From contig JBEQCP010000002.1 in the NCBI GenBank assembly GCA_041639215.1, positions 118,844 through 182,843 on the forward strand: 64,000 nt of DNA, read 5' to 3'. Position numbers and translations under genes: made by a program. Shown here in pieces: positions 18,980-31,420 of the stretch. The DNA comes from Pseudomonadota bacterium. Its GTDB lineage: Bacteria > Pseudomonadota > Gammaproteobacteria > Burkholderiales > Thiobacillaceae. The notes beneath the pieces were generated by a model that saw only the letters and a program-made list of their open reading frames with translations, had not been told where the DNA came from and made no database searches. The stretch's first letter is position 1. The number at the start of each line of letters is the position of its first letter.

Positions 18980-20059
18980 ATGCTCTATCGTCGTGCGCTG
19001 ACCCGCGAAATGGGGCTCACCACCGGCGCCGTGCTCACGGTGCTGATCGCGATCGCGCTGGTGGTGCTGTTCATTCGCCTGCTCGGCGACGTGGCGCGCG
19101 GCGAACTCGCCAACGAGGCGGTGTTCGCCTTTCTCGGATTCTCGCTGCTGTATTTCCTGCCGGTATTGATGACCATCGCGCTGTTCGCCGGCGTGTTGCT
19201 CCCCTTGTCGCGCATGTGGCGGGACAGCGAAATGGTCATCTGGTTCAACGCGGGGCTCGCACTCACGCAGTGGATCCGTCCGGTGCTGACCTTCGCGGTG
19301 CCGCTGTCGCTGGTGATCCTGTTGCTGACGCTGGTGCTCAATCCGTGGGCGCAAGCCAAGAAGAACGAGTACCGCCAGGATCTCAAGAGCCGCAGCGAGA
19401 GTTCGCTGATCGCGCCTGGCCTGTTTGCCGAATCGGGCGCAGGGCAGCGCGTCTACTACGTCGAGTCGCTCAACCCGCTGACCGGCATCGTGCGCAATGT
19501 GTTCATGCAGTCGCGCATCGACGGCCGGCTCGGCCTGGTGGTGGCGCGTGAGGGCGACCATACGCAGATGCCGGACGGTTCGCGCTACCTGGTGTTCAAG
19601 GACGGCCGGCGCTACGAGGGCACGCCGGGCCAGCTCGACTACCGCATCGTGCAGTTCGAACGCTACTGGATGCGGCTCGACCCCGTCGCCACCGATACGC
19701 AGGCAACCAATATCCGTCAGGCATCGGCGGGCGACCTGCTGGCCGATCCGACGCCGCCGGCGCGCGCCGAACTGCTGTGGCGCATCGGTGTGCCGGTGTC
19801 GGCGCTGGTGCTCGCCGTGATGGCCATTCCGCTCAGCTTCGTCAATACGCGGGCGCGCCGCTCCTGGGGATTGGCGATCGCGCTGCTGCTGTACTTCGTC
19901 TACAACAACCTGCTGTCGCTGACGCAGGCCTGGGTGGCGCAGGGCAAGTTCAATCCCTGGGCGGGCATGCTGTCGTCGCATCTGCTGATGCTGGCTGCGG
20001 TGCTGCTCCTGTTCCATCTGCGCAACCGCCAGCGCGCGCCGCGAGGAAAGAGGACATGA
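18980..20059 (+). CDS. lptF: LPS export ABC permease LptF
   Basis: YjgP/YjgQ-type permease. The start is at MLYRRALTRE. The upstream part of the ORF-track frame is antisense to pepA. Confidence 0.85.
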   Translation: MLYRRALTREMGLTTGAVLTVLIAIALVVLFIRLLGDVARGELANEAVFAFLGFSLLYFLPVLMTIALFAGVLLPLSRMWRDSEMVIWFNAGLALTQWIRPVLTFAVPLSLVILLLTLVLNPWAQAKKNEYRQDLKSRSESSLIAPGLFAESGAGQRVYYVESLNPLTGIVRNVFMQSRIDGRLGLVVAREGDHTQMPDGSRYLVFKDGRRYEGTPGQLDYRIVQFERYWMRLDPVATDTQATNIRQASAGDLLADPTPPARAELLWRIGVPVSALVLAVMAIPLSFVNTRARRSWGLAIALLLYFVYNNLLSLTQAWVAQGKFNPWAGMLSSHLLMLAAVLLLFHLRNRQRAPRGKRT

Positions 20060-21129
20060 GCCAGCTGGCACGCTATCTCGCCGGGCAGGTGCTGGTCGCG
20101 TCGGGCTTCGTGCTGCTGGCGCTGCTGGTGCTGTTCGCGTTCTTCGACGTGGTCCAGGAACTAGGCAGCCTGGGGCGCAACAATTACGGGCTGGGGCAGG
20201 CGGCTGTGGTGGTGCTGCTGAGCATTCCCGGCCACCTCTACGAGATTCTGCCGGTGGCGGCGCTGATCGGCACGCTGTTCGCGCTGTCACGCCTGGTGGG
20301 CAATTCGGAATATGCGGTGATGCGCGTGTCGGGGCTGTCCAACTGGCGCGTGGCCGGCTATTTCAGCGTGATCGGCGTGCTGTTGTCGCTGCTGGTGTTG
20401 CTGCTCGGCGAATATGTCGCGCCGTGGTCGGACCAGGCGGCGCAGCGCTACAAGCTGTCGGCCACCCGTTCGGTGGTGGCGCAGCAGTTTCGTTCCGGTC
20501 TGTGGGTCAAGGACGGCAGCACCTTCATCAACGTGCGCGAGGTGATGCCCGACAACACGCTGCGCGGCATCGAGATCTACGGCTTCGACGCTGACGGCCG
20601 TCTCGGCTGGATCCGTGGCGCCGACGAGGCGAAATGGCGGGGGGGGCAGACCTGGCATCTTCGGCAGGTGATGGAAACGCGCTTCGACGCAGGCGGCGTC
20701 CGTGCCGTTCGCAGTGCAAGCCAGGACTGGCAGTCGGTGCTGACGCCCGACATTCTCAGCGTGCTGCTGGTGGCGCCGGAAAAGATGTCGGGCCGCACCC
20801 TGTGGCGCTACATTGCGCATCTCAAGGAAAACAACCAGAAGGCTTCGCGCTACGAGCTCGCGCTGTGGTCGAAGTTCATCAGCCCCTTCGTGATCCCGAT
20901 CATGATGCTGATCGCCATGCCGTTCGCCATCCAGGGACCGCGCGCCGGCGGTACCAGCAGCAAGATCTTCATCGGCATCCTGGCCGGGCTCGGTTTCCAC
21001 CTGCTGAGCCGTCTGTTCGGCCATCTGGGATTGCTGAACGACTGGCCGGCGCTGGTGGTGTCGATTCTGCCGCTGCTGATTTTTCTTGCGATCGCGCTGG
21101 CGGGCATCCGGTGGGTGGATCGCCGCTAG
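20056..21129 (+). CDS. lptG: LPS export ABC permease LptG
   Basis: MSQLARYLAGQVL start overlapping the lptF stop (ATGA). YjgP/YjgQ family. Confidence 0.9.
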   Translation: MSQLARYLAGQVLVASGFVLLALLVLFAFFDVVQELGSLGRNNYGLGQAAVVVLLSIPGHLYEILPVAALIGTLFALSRLVGNSEYAVMRVSGLSNWRVAGYFSVIGVLLSLLVLLLGEYVAPWSDQAAQRYKLSATRSVVAQQFRSGLWVKDGSTFINVREVMPDNTLRGIEIYGFDADGRLGWIRGADEAKWRGGQTWHLRQVMETRFDAGGVRAVRSASQDWQSVLTPDILSVLLVAPEKMSGRTLWRYIAHLKENNQKASRYELALWSKFISPFVIPIMMLIAMPFAIQGPRAGGTSSKIFIGILAGLGFHLLSRLFGHLGLLNDWPALVVSILPLLIFLAIALAGIRWVDRR

Positions 21130-21920
21130 CACCGCTGCCCGAACGGCTCGCCGCCTGCCTGCAGACGGCGGAGCCGGCCAGCAAGGTGGCTGGCGTGCAC
21201 GCGCTGGCTGCGGACTGGCAGGCCGGCCGGCTGCAGCTCGCGGCAGACGCGGTGCGCACGCCGATCGACCGTCCGGGGGTCCCCGCCCGACCTGAACTGG
21301 TCCCTCCGCAGCAGGTGCCGCGCCGCCGTGCAGACACCCCCGCCGGCCGTGCCGCGCTCGTCCATGCGCTGGCGCACATCGAATTCAATGCGATCAACCT
21401 GGCGCTCGACGCCGCCCACCGCTTCGCCGGCATGCCGCACGCGTTCTACGCCGACTGGCTGAAGGTGGCGGACGAAGAGGCGCTGCATTTCGAGCTGCTG
21501 AACACGCACCTGGCGACGCTTGGGTACGCCTACGGCGACTTCAGGGCTCACACCGGCCTGTGGGACATGGCGCTGAAGACCGCGCACGATCCCCTGGTGC
21601 GCATGGCGCTGGTGCCGCGCGTGCTGGAAGCGCGCGGGCTCGACGCCACGCCGCTCATCGTCGGCAAGCTGCGGGCGGCCAACGACATGCGCATGGTCGA
21701 GATCCTCGGCATCATCGAACGCGACGAGATCGGCCACGTCGCCATCGGCAGCCGCTGGTATCGCTGGCTGTGCGCGGCGCGCGGGCTGGATCCGGAGGCG
21801 ACGTTTCGCCAGTTGCTGGTCGACTACGATGCGCCGCCGCTGAAACCGCCGTTCAATCTCGGAGCACGCCGGCAGGCCGGTTTCAGCGAGCCCGAACTGG
21901 ACTGGCTGAGCGGGCTCTGA
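21111..21920 (+). CDS. Ferritin-like DUF455 family protein
   Basis: HALAHIEFNAINLA ... ERDEIGHV di-iron-like motifs. There is no in-frame ATG near the 5' end. I propose the GTG at 21111, overlapping the lptG end, but the start is uncertain. Confidence 0.6.
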   Translation: MGGSPLAPLPERLAACLQTAEPASKVAGVHALAADWQAGRLQLAADAVRTPIDRPGVPARPELVPPQQVPRRRADTPAGRAALVHALAHIEFNAINLALDAAHRFAGMPHAFYADWLKVADEEALHFELLNTHLATLGYAYGDFRAHTGLWDMALKTAHDPLVRMALVPRVLEARGLDATPLIVGKLRAANDMRMVEILGIIERDEIGHVAIGSRWYRWLCAARGLDPEATFRQLLVDYDAPPLKPPFNLGARRQAGFSEPELDWLSGL

Positions 21921-21946
21921 GCGTTCTTCGCGGATGAAAAAATCGA
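21921..21946. repeat. Solo half-copy of the CGCGAAG palindromic element
   Basis: GCGTTCTTCGCGGATGAAAA is identical over 20 nt to the right end of the element at 60574-60674. It begins directly after the DUF455 stop codon. Confidence 0.6.
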
Positions 21947-21951
21947 CCGCC

Positions 21952-22422
21952 CTATAGTCCCAGCGTCGTCGCTGACACCTGCGCCGGCGCGCGCTGCCAC
22001 ATTTCCTCGAAGCGGTGGTTCAGCTCGGTCGCGCGGGCAGGATCATCCTCGTGGTGCGTGCCATGGACCACGCCCTTGTCGGCGCGCAACAGCACGCCGC
22101 GGCGGTCAGCCAGCACGAAGGCTTCATCCGGGCGCGGGGCGTCGGGGTCGGCCTGACGGATTTCGAGCACATGGCCGAAGTCGCGCAACAGCAGCATCAG
22201 GCGCGGATGGTCGCGTGCCACGCGGCTGATGTCGTCGAGCAGCAGCTCGATGCGGCGCCCGCCGCCCGCCACGCAGAGCGCGCGCAATGCGGCGAGCCGT
22301 TCGGGCTGGTCGATTTCCAGCAGGCTCAGGTCATGGTCGTAGAACCGCAGCTGGCGGTGGGTGGCGGCCAGCAGCGTGTCGAATGCGGCGCGGAATTCGG
22401 ACGGGGTTTCGAAGGGATTCAT
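21952..22422 (-). CDS. Hypothetical protein, translationally coupled to the upstream cupin gene
   Basis: 156 aa in a high GC3 frame. Its ATG overlaps the cupin stop (ATGA). No family recognised. Confidence 0.6.
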   Translation of the reverse strand: MNPFETPSEFRAAFDTLLAATHRQLRFYDHDLSLLEIDQPERLAALRALCVAGGGRRIELLLDDISRVARDHPRLMLLLRDFGHVLEIRQADPDAPRPDEAFVLADRRGVLLRADKGVVHGTHHEDDPARATELNHRFEEMWQRAPAQVSATTLGL

Positions 22423-23537
22423 GCGGCGTCGATCTCCAGCCAGCCGGCTTCATACCAGTCATAAAAACGTTCGCGCAGCGCGGCCGGCAAGGGCGGTGCG
22501 AGACGGCGACGGTCGGCCAGCTGCTTCAGGGCCGCAACTTCGTCGGCGGCCGGCGCAAAGGCTTCACCGTTGATGAAAAAGCGCCTGCCGCTGAACAGCA
22601 GGCGCGACTTGGGATTGAGCGCGACGCCGGCCTTGCCGGCCTGCTTGTCGAAGGCAGCACGGCTGAGCGGCGCTTCTGGCGGATCGAAAAACACGTTCGG
22701 CTTCGGCTCGGACAGATAACGTCCGGCGAATTCGGCGACGTCGCTGCGCGACCATCGGATTTTCGCGATCATTGTTTCGATCTGGTCGAGCATCGCGCGG
22801 CCGATTTCGCCGGGATGCGTCTGCAGGCGCAGGTCGGGGTCGGCATAGCGGCCTTCCAGCCTGATGCTGTCCTGCAGGTGCATCAGGAAACCCTGCGCCA
22901 GCTCCTCGGCGGTGGGGGCGCGGAAACCGATCGAGTAGGTCATGCAGGCGTCCTCGGCGACACCGTAATGCGCGACGTGCGGCGGCAGGTAGAGCATGTC
23001 GCCGGGGCCGAGCACCCATTCCTCTTCCACTTCGAAATGACGCAGGATCTTCAGCGGCGCATCGTCGATCAGCGCGAGGTCGGTCTGCGTGCTGATCTGC
23101 CAGCGGCGGTGTCCCTGGCCTTGCAGCAGGAAGACGTCGTAGGAATCGAAGTGCGGGCCCACGCTGCCGCCCGGCACGGCGTAGCTCACCATCAGGTCGT
23201 CGAGCCGCGCGTGCGGGACGAAGTCGAAGCGCGCCAGCAGGGCATCGGCCTCCGGCAGGAAATGGTTCAACGATTGCACCAGCAGTGTCCATTCGGTCTT
23301 CGGCAGGCGCCTGAAGTCGCGCTTGCTGAAGGGCCCGTGGTCGAGCTGCCAGTCGGTGCCGCTGCCCTGGATCAGGCGCGATTCGACGTCGTCGCGGCAG
23401 GCCAGTTGCTGCATCTCGTGCGGCGTCAGCAGGCCGGCAAAGCCCGGTACGGCGTTGCGGATGAGGAGCGGACGCTTGTGCCAGACGTCGCGCAGGAAAC
23501 GGGCGGGACTGAGGCCGCCGAGCAGGGGAGTCGTCAT
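22419..23537 (-). CDS. JmjC/cupin-4 family oxygenase (RoxA/YcfD-like ribosomal protein hydroxylase)
   Basis: 372 aa with the HFD...H facial triad region (GPHFDSYDVFLLQGQGHRRW) typical of cupin-4. Confidence 0.78.
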   Translation of the reverse strand: MTTPLLGGLSPARFLRDVWHKRPLLIRNAVPGFAGLLTPHEMQQLACRDDVESRLIQGSGTDWQLDHGPFSKRDFRRLPKTEWTLLVQSLNHFLPEADALLARFDFVPHARLDDLMVSYAVPGGSVGPHFDSYDVFLLQGQGHRRWQISTQTDLALIDDAPLKILRHFEVEEEWVLGPGDMLYLPPHVAHYGVAEDACMTYSIGFRAPTAEELAQGFLMHLQDSIRLEGRYADPDLRLQTHPGEIGRAMLDQIETMIAKIRWSRSDVAEFAGRYLSEPKPNVFFDPPEAPLSRAAFDKQAGKAGVALNPKSRLLFSGRRFFINGEAFAPAADEVAALKQLADRRRLAPPLPAALRERFYDWYEAGWLEIDAA

Positions 23538-23608
23538 GGAAGCGATTATAGCGATGCGGCCGCGCGAGCCCTGCTAGAATGCAGCCCGAGAACCCGCGGG
23601 GGAAACCC

Positions 23609-24073
23609 ATGCTGAAAGCAGGAGACCGCGCGCCGGACTTTTCCAATCCGGACGCGGACATGAACATCGTCGAATTGTCGCAGTTCCGGGGCAAGACTCT
23701 GGTGCTGTATTTCTACGTGCGTGACGACACACCGGGCTGCACCACCGAGGCGATCGAGTTTTCCGAACTGGAAAACGATTTCGCCAAGACGGGGGCTGCG
23801 GTGGTCGGCGTGTCGCGCGACGACTGCATCAAGCATGGCGAGTTCCGCGACAAGCACGGCATCAGCGTGCGCCTGCTGGCCGACAAGGAGCAGACCACCA
23901 GCGCCGCCTACGGCGTGCTGCAGGACAAGGAAGTGGATGGCGTCATGCGTAAGAGCACGGTGCGCTCCACGTTCATCATCGACAAACAGGGCGTCATTCG
24001 CCACGCCCTGTACGGCGTTTCCAGCCGCGGCCATGCGGCGGAGGTGCTTCAACTGGTAAAGGAACTCAAGTGA
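23609..24073 (+). CDS. bcp: Peroxiredoxin Bcp
   Basis: MLKAGDRAPDF start and peroxidatic Cys motif DDTPGCTTEA. Confidence 0.9.
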   Translation: MLKAGDRAPDFSNPDADMNIVELSQFRGKTLVLYFYVRDDTPGCTTEAIEFSELENDFAKTGAAVVGVSRDDCIKHGEFRDKHGISVRLLADKEQTTSAAYGVLQDKEVDGVMRKSTVRSTFIIDKQGVIRHALYGVSSRGHAAEVLQLVKELK

Positions 24074-24552
24074 ACATTGGCAAGGACACGGTCGTCACCA
24101 TCACCTACATCGTCCGCGACCTCGACGGCAAGCTGCTGGAGGAAAGCGACGAGCCGGTCAGCTACCTGCATGGCGGCTACGACAACATTTTCCCAATGGT
24201 CGAGCAGGCGCTGGAAGGCAAGGCGGTGGGCGAGAAGATCGACCTCAAGCTGCAGCCGGTCGACGCCTTCGGCGAGTTCGACGAGAACCTGGTGCGGATC
24301 GAGCCGCGCGAGGCCTTCCCGCCGGAGATCGAGATCGGCATGCAGTTCGTCGGCTCCCCCCTCGAAGGCGGCGAGGAACTGCTCTACACGGTGACCGACA
24401 TCGCCGAGGACAAGGTGGTGGTCGACGGCAACCACCCCTACGCCGGCCAGGCAGTGCACTTCCAGTGCCAGGTCGCCGAGGTGCGCGCCGCTACGCCGGA
24501 CGAGGTCGAGCATCGCCATGCGCACGGCGCCCACGGCCATCACCATCATTGA
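24070..24552 (+). CDS. slyD: FKBP-type peptidyl-prolyl isomerase SlyD-like with His-rich tail
   Basis: 160 aa with an FKBP core plus insert and a C-terminal HRHAHGAHGHHHH. The GTG start overlaps the bcp stop. Confidence 0.82.
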   Translation: MNIGKDTVVTITYIVRDLDGKLLEESDEPVSYLHGGYDNIFPMVEQALEGKAVGEKIDLKLQPVDAFGEFDENLVRIEPREAFPPEIEIGMQFVGSPLEGGEELLYTVTDIAEDKVVVDGNHPYAGQAVHFQCQVAEVRAATPDEVEHRHAHGAHGHHHH

Positions 24553-24627
24553 GCGCGCGGCGGGTGGTGCCGGGCTGCTAGAATGCCCGGCTACCTGTTT
24601 TCCGTGACAGCTTGATCAAGACCATCG

Positions 24628-25596
<969 letters not shown>

Positions 25597-27000
25597 GCCC
25601 CTGGCTGATGCGGTGGCGGACGCGCTGGCCCGCCACGTCGCGCCGCGCGCGCGGCTCGCGCTGGGCCTGTCGGGCGGGCTGGACTCGGTGGTCTTGCTGC
25701 ACGCGCTGGCCGCGTTGCGCGATACCTTTCCCTTCGAACTGCAGGCGGTGCACGTGCACCACGGCCTGTCGCCGCATGCCGACGACTGGGCCGCTTTCTG
25801 TGCGCAAGTCTGCGCATCGCATGCGGTTCCGCTGAGCATCGCCCGCGTGCAGGTTGCGCGCGACGATCCCGCGGGCATCGAGGCGGCCGCACGGCGCGAA
25901 CGCCAGCGCGTCTTCGCCGCAGTCGACGCGGATTTTCTTCTCACTGCCCACCAGCAGGACGACCAGGCCGAAACCCTGATGCTGCAGCTATTGCGCGGCG
26001 CCGGTTCCAAGGGCCTGGCGGCGATGCCGGTCTGGCAGCGCCGGTCGGGCTGGCGCGCGGCACAGCTGCGGCCGCTGCTCGGGGTGACGCGCGCCGCGAT
26101 CCTCGGCTACGCACAGGTGCACGGCCTGGCGTGGGTCGAGGACGAGAGCAACCGCGACCCGCGCTACCGTCGCAATGCCCTGCGTCAGCAGGTCATGCCG
26201 CTGCTGGCCGAATATTTTCCGGGCAGCAGCAGCACGCTTGCGCGTGCCGCCCGGCTGCAGGCCGAGGCCGCAGGCCTGCTCGATGATCTCGCGCGCCTGG
26301 ATGCGGCCGATGCCATCGCGGGCGAGCGCCTTGACTGCGCCGCGCTGGCGCAGCTGTCGCTGCCGCGCGCGCGCAACCTGCTGCGCCATTTCATCGAAGG
26401 CCGGGGCTATCCGCTGCCGAATGCGCGCATCCTGAACGAGGCGCTGCATCAGTTGCGGGACGCGGGCCAGGACGCGCGCGTATGCGTCAACCTCAAGGCG
26501 GTCGTGTTGTGGCGCTATCGCGGCGGCGCGTATCTGGTGGCGCCCCCGCCGCCGCCGGCCCCGCCGGTGCGCTGGCAGGGCGAGGCCGTTTTGCGGGTGC
26601 CGGCTGCCGGGGTCGAGGTAGGCATGGAGGCCGTGACCGGCGCCGGTCTGAAGCGCACGCTGCTCGAGGCGGGCGTCGTGATGCTGGGCGTGAGGCAGGG
26701 CGGCGAGCGGCTGCGCCTGCAGGCGGGCGGCCCGCGCCGCAGCCTGAAGAATCTGCTGCAGGAATGCGCGATTCCGCCCTGGCGGCGGGCGTGCCTGCCG
26801 CTGCTGTGGTGCGACGGGCAGCTGGCATGGGCAGCGGGGATCGGCTGTGCTGCCGAACTGCGCGCCGCACCGGGCGAACCGGGACTACTCCCTTGTGTCG
26901 TGGCGCCGGTTCCAGGACAAGACAGCCCAGGGCGTGTTATCCTAGCGGGCTGATTTTCATGGTTTTTTGAACCTTTTTCTCATTCATCTGGAGCACGCAC

Positions 27001-27429
27001 ATGGCTGTTCAGCGCACTTTTTCCATCATCAAGCCCGACGCCGTCAAAAAGAACGTGATCGGCAAGATCGTCAGCCGCTTCGAGAGCAATGGCCTCAAGG
27101 TCGTCGCCTCGAAGATGAAGCACCTGTCGCGCCAGGAAGCCGAAGGCTTCTACGCCGTGCACAAGGAGCGTCCCTTCTTCAAGGATCTGGTCGACTTCAT
27201 GGTCTCCGGCCCGGTCGTGCTGCAGGTGCTGGAAGGCGAGGACGCGATCGCCAAGAACCGTGAGCTGATGGGCGCGACCGACCCGAAGAAGGCCGAGCCG
27301 GGCACCATCCGCGCCGATTTCGCCGAGAGCATCGACGCCAATGCCGTGCACGGTTCCGACGCACCGGAAACCGCGGCGATCGAGATCGCCTATTTCTTCC
27401 CCGCCAGCGAAGTCTACGCCGGCCGCTAA
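27001..27429 (+). CDS. ndk: Nucleoside diphosphate kinase
   Basis: 142 aa with [10 protein letters not shown] and the NAVHGSD active-site His. Confidence 0.97.
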   Translation: MAVQRTFSIIKPDAVKKNVIGKIVSRFESNGLKVVASKMKHLSRQEAEGFYAVHKERPFFKDLVDFMVSGPVVLQVLEGEDAIAKNRELMGATDPKKAEPGTIRADFAESIDANAVHGSDAPETAAIEIAYFFPASEVYAGR

Positions 27430-27438
27430 GCTGTACGC

Positions 27439-28538
<1,100 letters not shown>

Positions 28539-28542
<4 letters not shown>

Positions 28543-29306
28543 AGAAATGGATCGTGCTGGCGGCGGCCGTGCTGGCGGGGTGTGCGGGCCAGCCCATCGA
28601 AGGTGGCGTGAACGTCGACAACGTGGCCGACAGCGAAAGTCGGCAGCGTGCGCGTGCCTTCACCGATCTGGCGGCGGCCTATCTCGCCCGCGCCCAGTAC
28701 AAGGTCGCGCTCGATGAATTGCGCAAGGCGATCTTGGCCGACAGCCGCTTCGGGCCGGCCTACAATATCTACGGTCGGATCTACATGGAACTCGCGGAGG
28801 ACAAACTGGCGGAAGAAAACTTCCGTCGTGCGATCGATCTCGATCGCAGCGACTCCGAAGCGCGCAACAACTACGGCTGGTTTCTCTGCACCCGTGGCCG
28901 CTACGACGAAGGACTGGAACAGTTCGCTTCCGCCCTGCGCAACCCCCTGTATACGCAGCCTGAACTGGCGATGGCGAATGCCGGCCAGTGTGCCGAGAAG
29001 AAGGGCGATCTCGCGCTGGCCGAAGCCAACCTGACGAAATCGCTCAAGCTGCAGCCCGACAATCCCAATACGTTGCTCAAGCTCGCCGGCCTGCATTTCC
29101 GCCAGGGGCGCCTCGTCGAGACGCAACGCCTGCTGGCCCGCCACGACGAACTGGCGCCGCCGAGCGCAGAAAGCCTGTGGCTCAGTGTGCGGCTGGAGCG
29201 CAAGCTGGGCGATCGTGCCCAGGAGGCGGCCTACGGCCTGCAACTGCGCAAACGCTTCCCTGATTCGACCGAGGCACGCATGCTGCATGCGGGGCAATAC
29301 GAATGA
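28539..29306 (+). CDS. pilW: Type IV pilus biogenesis TPR lipoprotein PilW (PilF)
   Basis: GTG start overlapping the rlmN stop, lipobox LAGC and TPR repeats. Canonical position after rlmN. Confidence 0.75.
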
Positions 29307-30163
29307 ACGAGGTCACGTTGACCTCGGTCGGGCAGATGCTGCGCGATGCCCGCGATGCGCAGGGTTTCACGCTGGATGAGGTCGCGGCGCGCCTGCGCCT
29401 GATGCACCGCCAGGTCGAGGCGATGGAGGCGGACGATTTCGAGAGTCTGGGGCAACCCGTGTTCGCGCGTGGTTTTGTGCGCAACTACGCTCGCCTGCTG
29501 GGGCTCGATGCCGACGCGCTGCTGGCGCGCATGCAGGGGGCCGCGGCCGAACCGGCTGCGGTCAGCCGTGCCGAACCGCCTGAGCAGCGTTCCTGGCTGA
29601 CCTCGCCGTGGCTGATTCTCCTGTTGCTGGGTGCACTGCTGGTGGTGGCGCTGCCCGTGGGCTTGTATCTGTGGCTCAACAGCGAGGGGGACGAAGGCCC
29701 GGTCAGCCGGGTGCCGGTTGTGTCGCCGCCTGTCGTCGCCAGGACGAAACCGACGCCGCCGGTGCCGCAGAAGGCGCTTCCCGCAACGCCGGATGTGGCG
29801 GCCGAGCCCGTAACGCCCGTGGTCGAGTCCGCAACGCCGGATGCAGTGGCCGGGTCCGCAACGCCCGTGGACGAACCGCCGGCCGCGGCCGAGGTGCCTG
29901 TCACGCACGAACCGGCGACGGCCAACGGCATGCTTCATCTCGAATTCGGCGCGGAGGCCTGGGCCGAAATCAAGGATGCTAGCGGCCGCGTGCTGCACCG
30001 CCAGCTCAATCAGCCCGGCAGCAGCGTCGATGTGCGCGGCCGTCCGCCGTTCGAGGTGGTGATCGGCAATGCCGCACAGGCGCGCATGACCTACAACGGC
30101 CGCCCGATCGATTTGAAACCTTTCATCGACGTGACGGTTGCCCGGTTTACCCTCGAAGAGTAG
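29303..30163 (+). CDS. rodZ: RodZ-like cytoskeleton protein (HTH, TM, Pro-rich linker, DUF4115)
   Basis: N-terminal Xre-type HTH (VGQMLRDARDAQGFTLDEVA), a single TM, a P/A/V-rich linker and a conserved C-terminal domain. Confidence 0.75.
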   Translation: MNEVTLTSVGQMLRDARDAQGFTLDEVAARLRLMHRQVEAMEADDFESLGQPVFARGFVRNYARLLGLDADALLARMQGAAAEPAAVSRAEPPEQRSWLTSPWLILLLLGALLVVALPVGLYLWLNSEGDEGPVSRVPVVSPPVVARTKPTPPVPQKALPATPDVAAEPVTPVVESATPDAVAGSATPVDEPPAAAEVPVTHEPATANGMLHLEFGAEAWAEIKDASGRVLHRQLNQPGSSVDVRGRPPFEVVIGNAAQARMTYNGRPIDLKPFIDVTVARFTLEE

Positions 30164-30190
30164 CCACGCTCGAAACTAGCCACAGGAAGA

Positions 30191-31411
30191 ATGATGTCCC
30201 AGATTGTCCGCCGCCCCACCCGCCAGGTGCGGGTCGGCAATGTCCTGATCGGCGGCGATGCACCTGTGGTGGTGCAGTCGATGACCAATACCGACACCGT
30301 CGATGTCGCCGCTACCGTGCGCCAGGTGCAGGCGCTCGCCGAGGCCGGCTCCGAACTGGTGCGGATCACTGTCAACACGCTGGAGGCGGCGGCTGCCGTG
30401 CCGCGCATCCGCGAGCGGCTCGATGTGCTGGGATGCCGCGTGCCGCTGATCGGCGATTTCCATTTCAACGGCCACAAGTTGCTGACCCAGGTGCCCGAGT
30501 GCGCGCAGGCGCTGGCCAAGCTCAGGATCAACCCCGGCAACATCGGGCGTGGCAGCAAGCGCGACGAGCAGTTCGCCACCCTGATCGAGGTGGCGTGCCA
30601 GTACGACAAGCCGGTGCGCATCGGCGTCAACTGGGGCAGCCTCGACCAGGCGCTGGCCGCGCGCATGATGGACGAGAACGCGCGTCTGGCGCAGCCGGAG
30701 GATGCCGAGGTGGTGATGCGCCGCGCCATGGTCGCCTCCGCGCTCGAGTCCGCGAAGAAAGCCGAGGAACTCGGACTCGCCGGCGACAGGATCATCCTGT
30801 CGTGCAAGATGAGCCGGGTGCAGGACCTGATTGCGGTGTACCGCGACCTCTCCGCGCAGAGCGACTATCCGCTGCACCTTGGGCTGACCGAGGCCGGCAT
30901 GGGCAGCAAGGGCATCGTCGCCTCGACCGCCGCGCTGGCGGTGCTGCTGCAGGAAGGCATCGGCGACACCATCCGTATTTCGCTGACTCCCGAGCCGGGC
31001 GGTGAACGCGCGCAAGAAGTGCGCGTCGGCCAGGAAATCCTGCAGGCGCTGGGCCTGCGCGCGTTCACCCCGCAGGTCACCGCCTGCCCCGGCTGCGGCC
31101 GCACCACCTCGACCGTGTTCCAGGAACTCGCGCAGGACATCGAGACCTATCTGCGCAACCAGATGCCGGTGTGGCGCAGCCAGTATCCCGGCGTCGAAAC
31201 CATGCAGGTCGCGGTGATGGGCTGCGTGGTCAACGGCCCCGGCGAGTCCAAGCACGCCAACATCGGCATCTCGCTACCCGGCACCGGCGAAGTGCCGGTG
31301 GCGCCGGTGTACGTCGACGGCGAGAAGACCGTGACGCTGAAGGGCGACCGCATCGCTGCGGATTTCCAGGCGATCGTCGAGGACTACGTGCAGCGGCGGT
31401 ACGGACATTGA
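30191..31411 (+). CDS. ispG: 4-hydroxy-3-methylbut-2-enyl diphosphate synthase
   Basis: 406 aa with [28 protein letters not shown] and CPGCGRT cluster motifs. Confidence 0.95.
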   Translation: MMSQIVRRPTRQVRVGNVLIGGDAPVVVQSMTNTDTVDVAATVRQVQALAEAGSELVRITVNTLEAAAAVPRIRERLDVLGCRVPLIGDFHFNGHKLLTQVPECAQALAKLRINPGNIGRGSKRDEQFATLIEVACQYDKPVRIGVNWGSLDQALAARMMDENARLAQPEDAEVVMRRAMVASALESAKKAEELGLAGDRIILSCKMSRVQDLIAVYRDLSAQSDYPLHLGLTEAGMGSKGIVASTAALAVLLQEGIGDTIRISLTPEPGGERAQEVRVGQEILQALGLRAFTPQVTACPGCGRTTSTVFQELAQDIETYLRNQMPVWRSQYPGVETMQVAVMGCVVNGPGESKHANIGISLPGTGEVPVAPVYVDGEKTVTLKGDRIAADFQAIVEDYVQRRYGH

Positions 31412-31420
31412 AAAACATTT

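Noticed and set aside
20634-21920. The ORF-track entries over-extend upstream. Examples are the 428-aa ORF at 20634-21920, 617 aa at 58721-60574, 519 aa at 27747-29306, 661 aa at 18074-20059 and 450 aa at 19777-21129.
   Set aside because: Their 5' portions overlap, out of frame, the well-supported upstream genes (lptG, pyrG, rlmN, pepA antisense, lptF). Only the 3' parts, starting at internal start codons, match known families (DUF455, kdsA, pilW, lptF, lptG).
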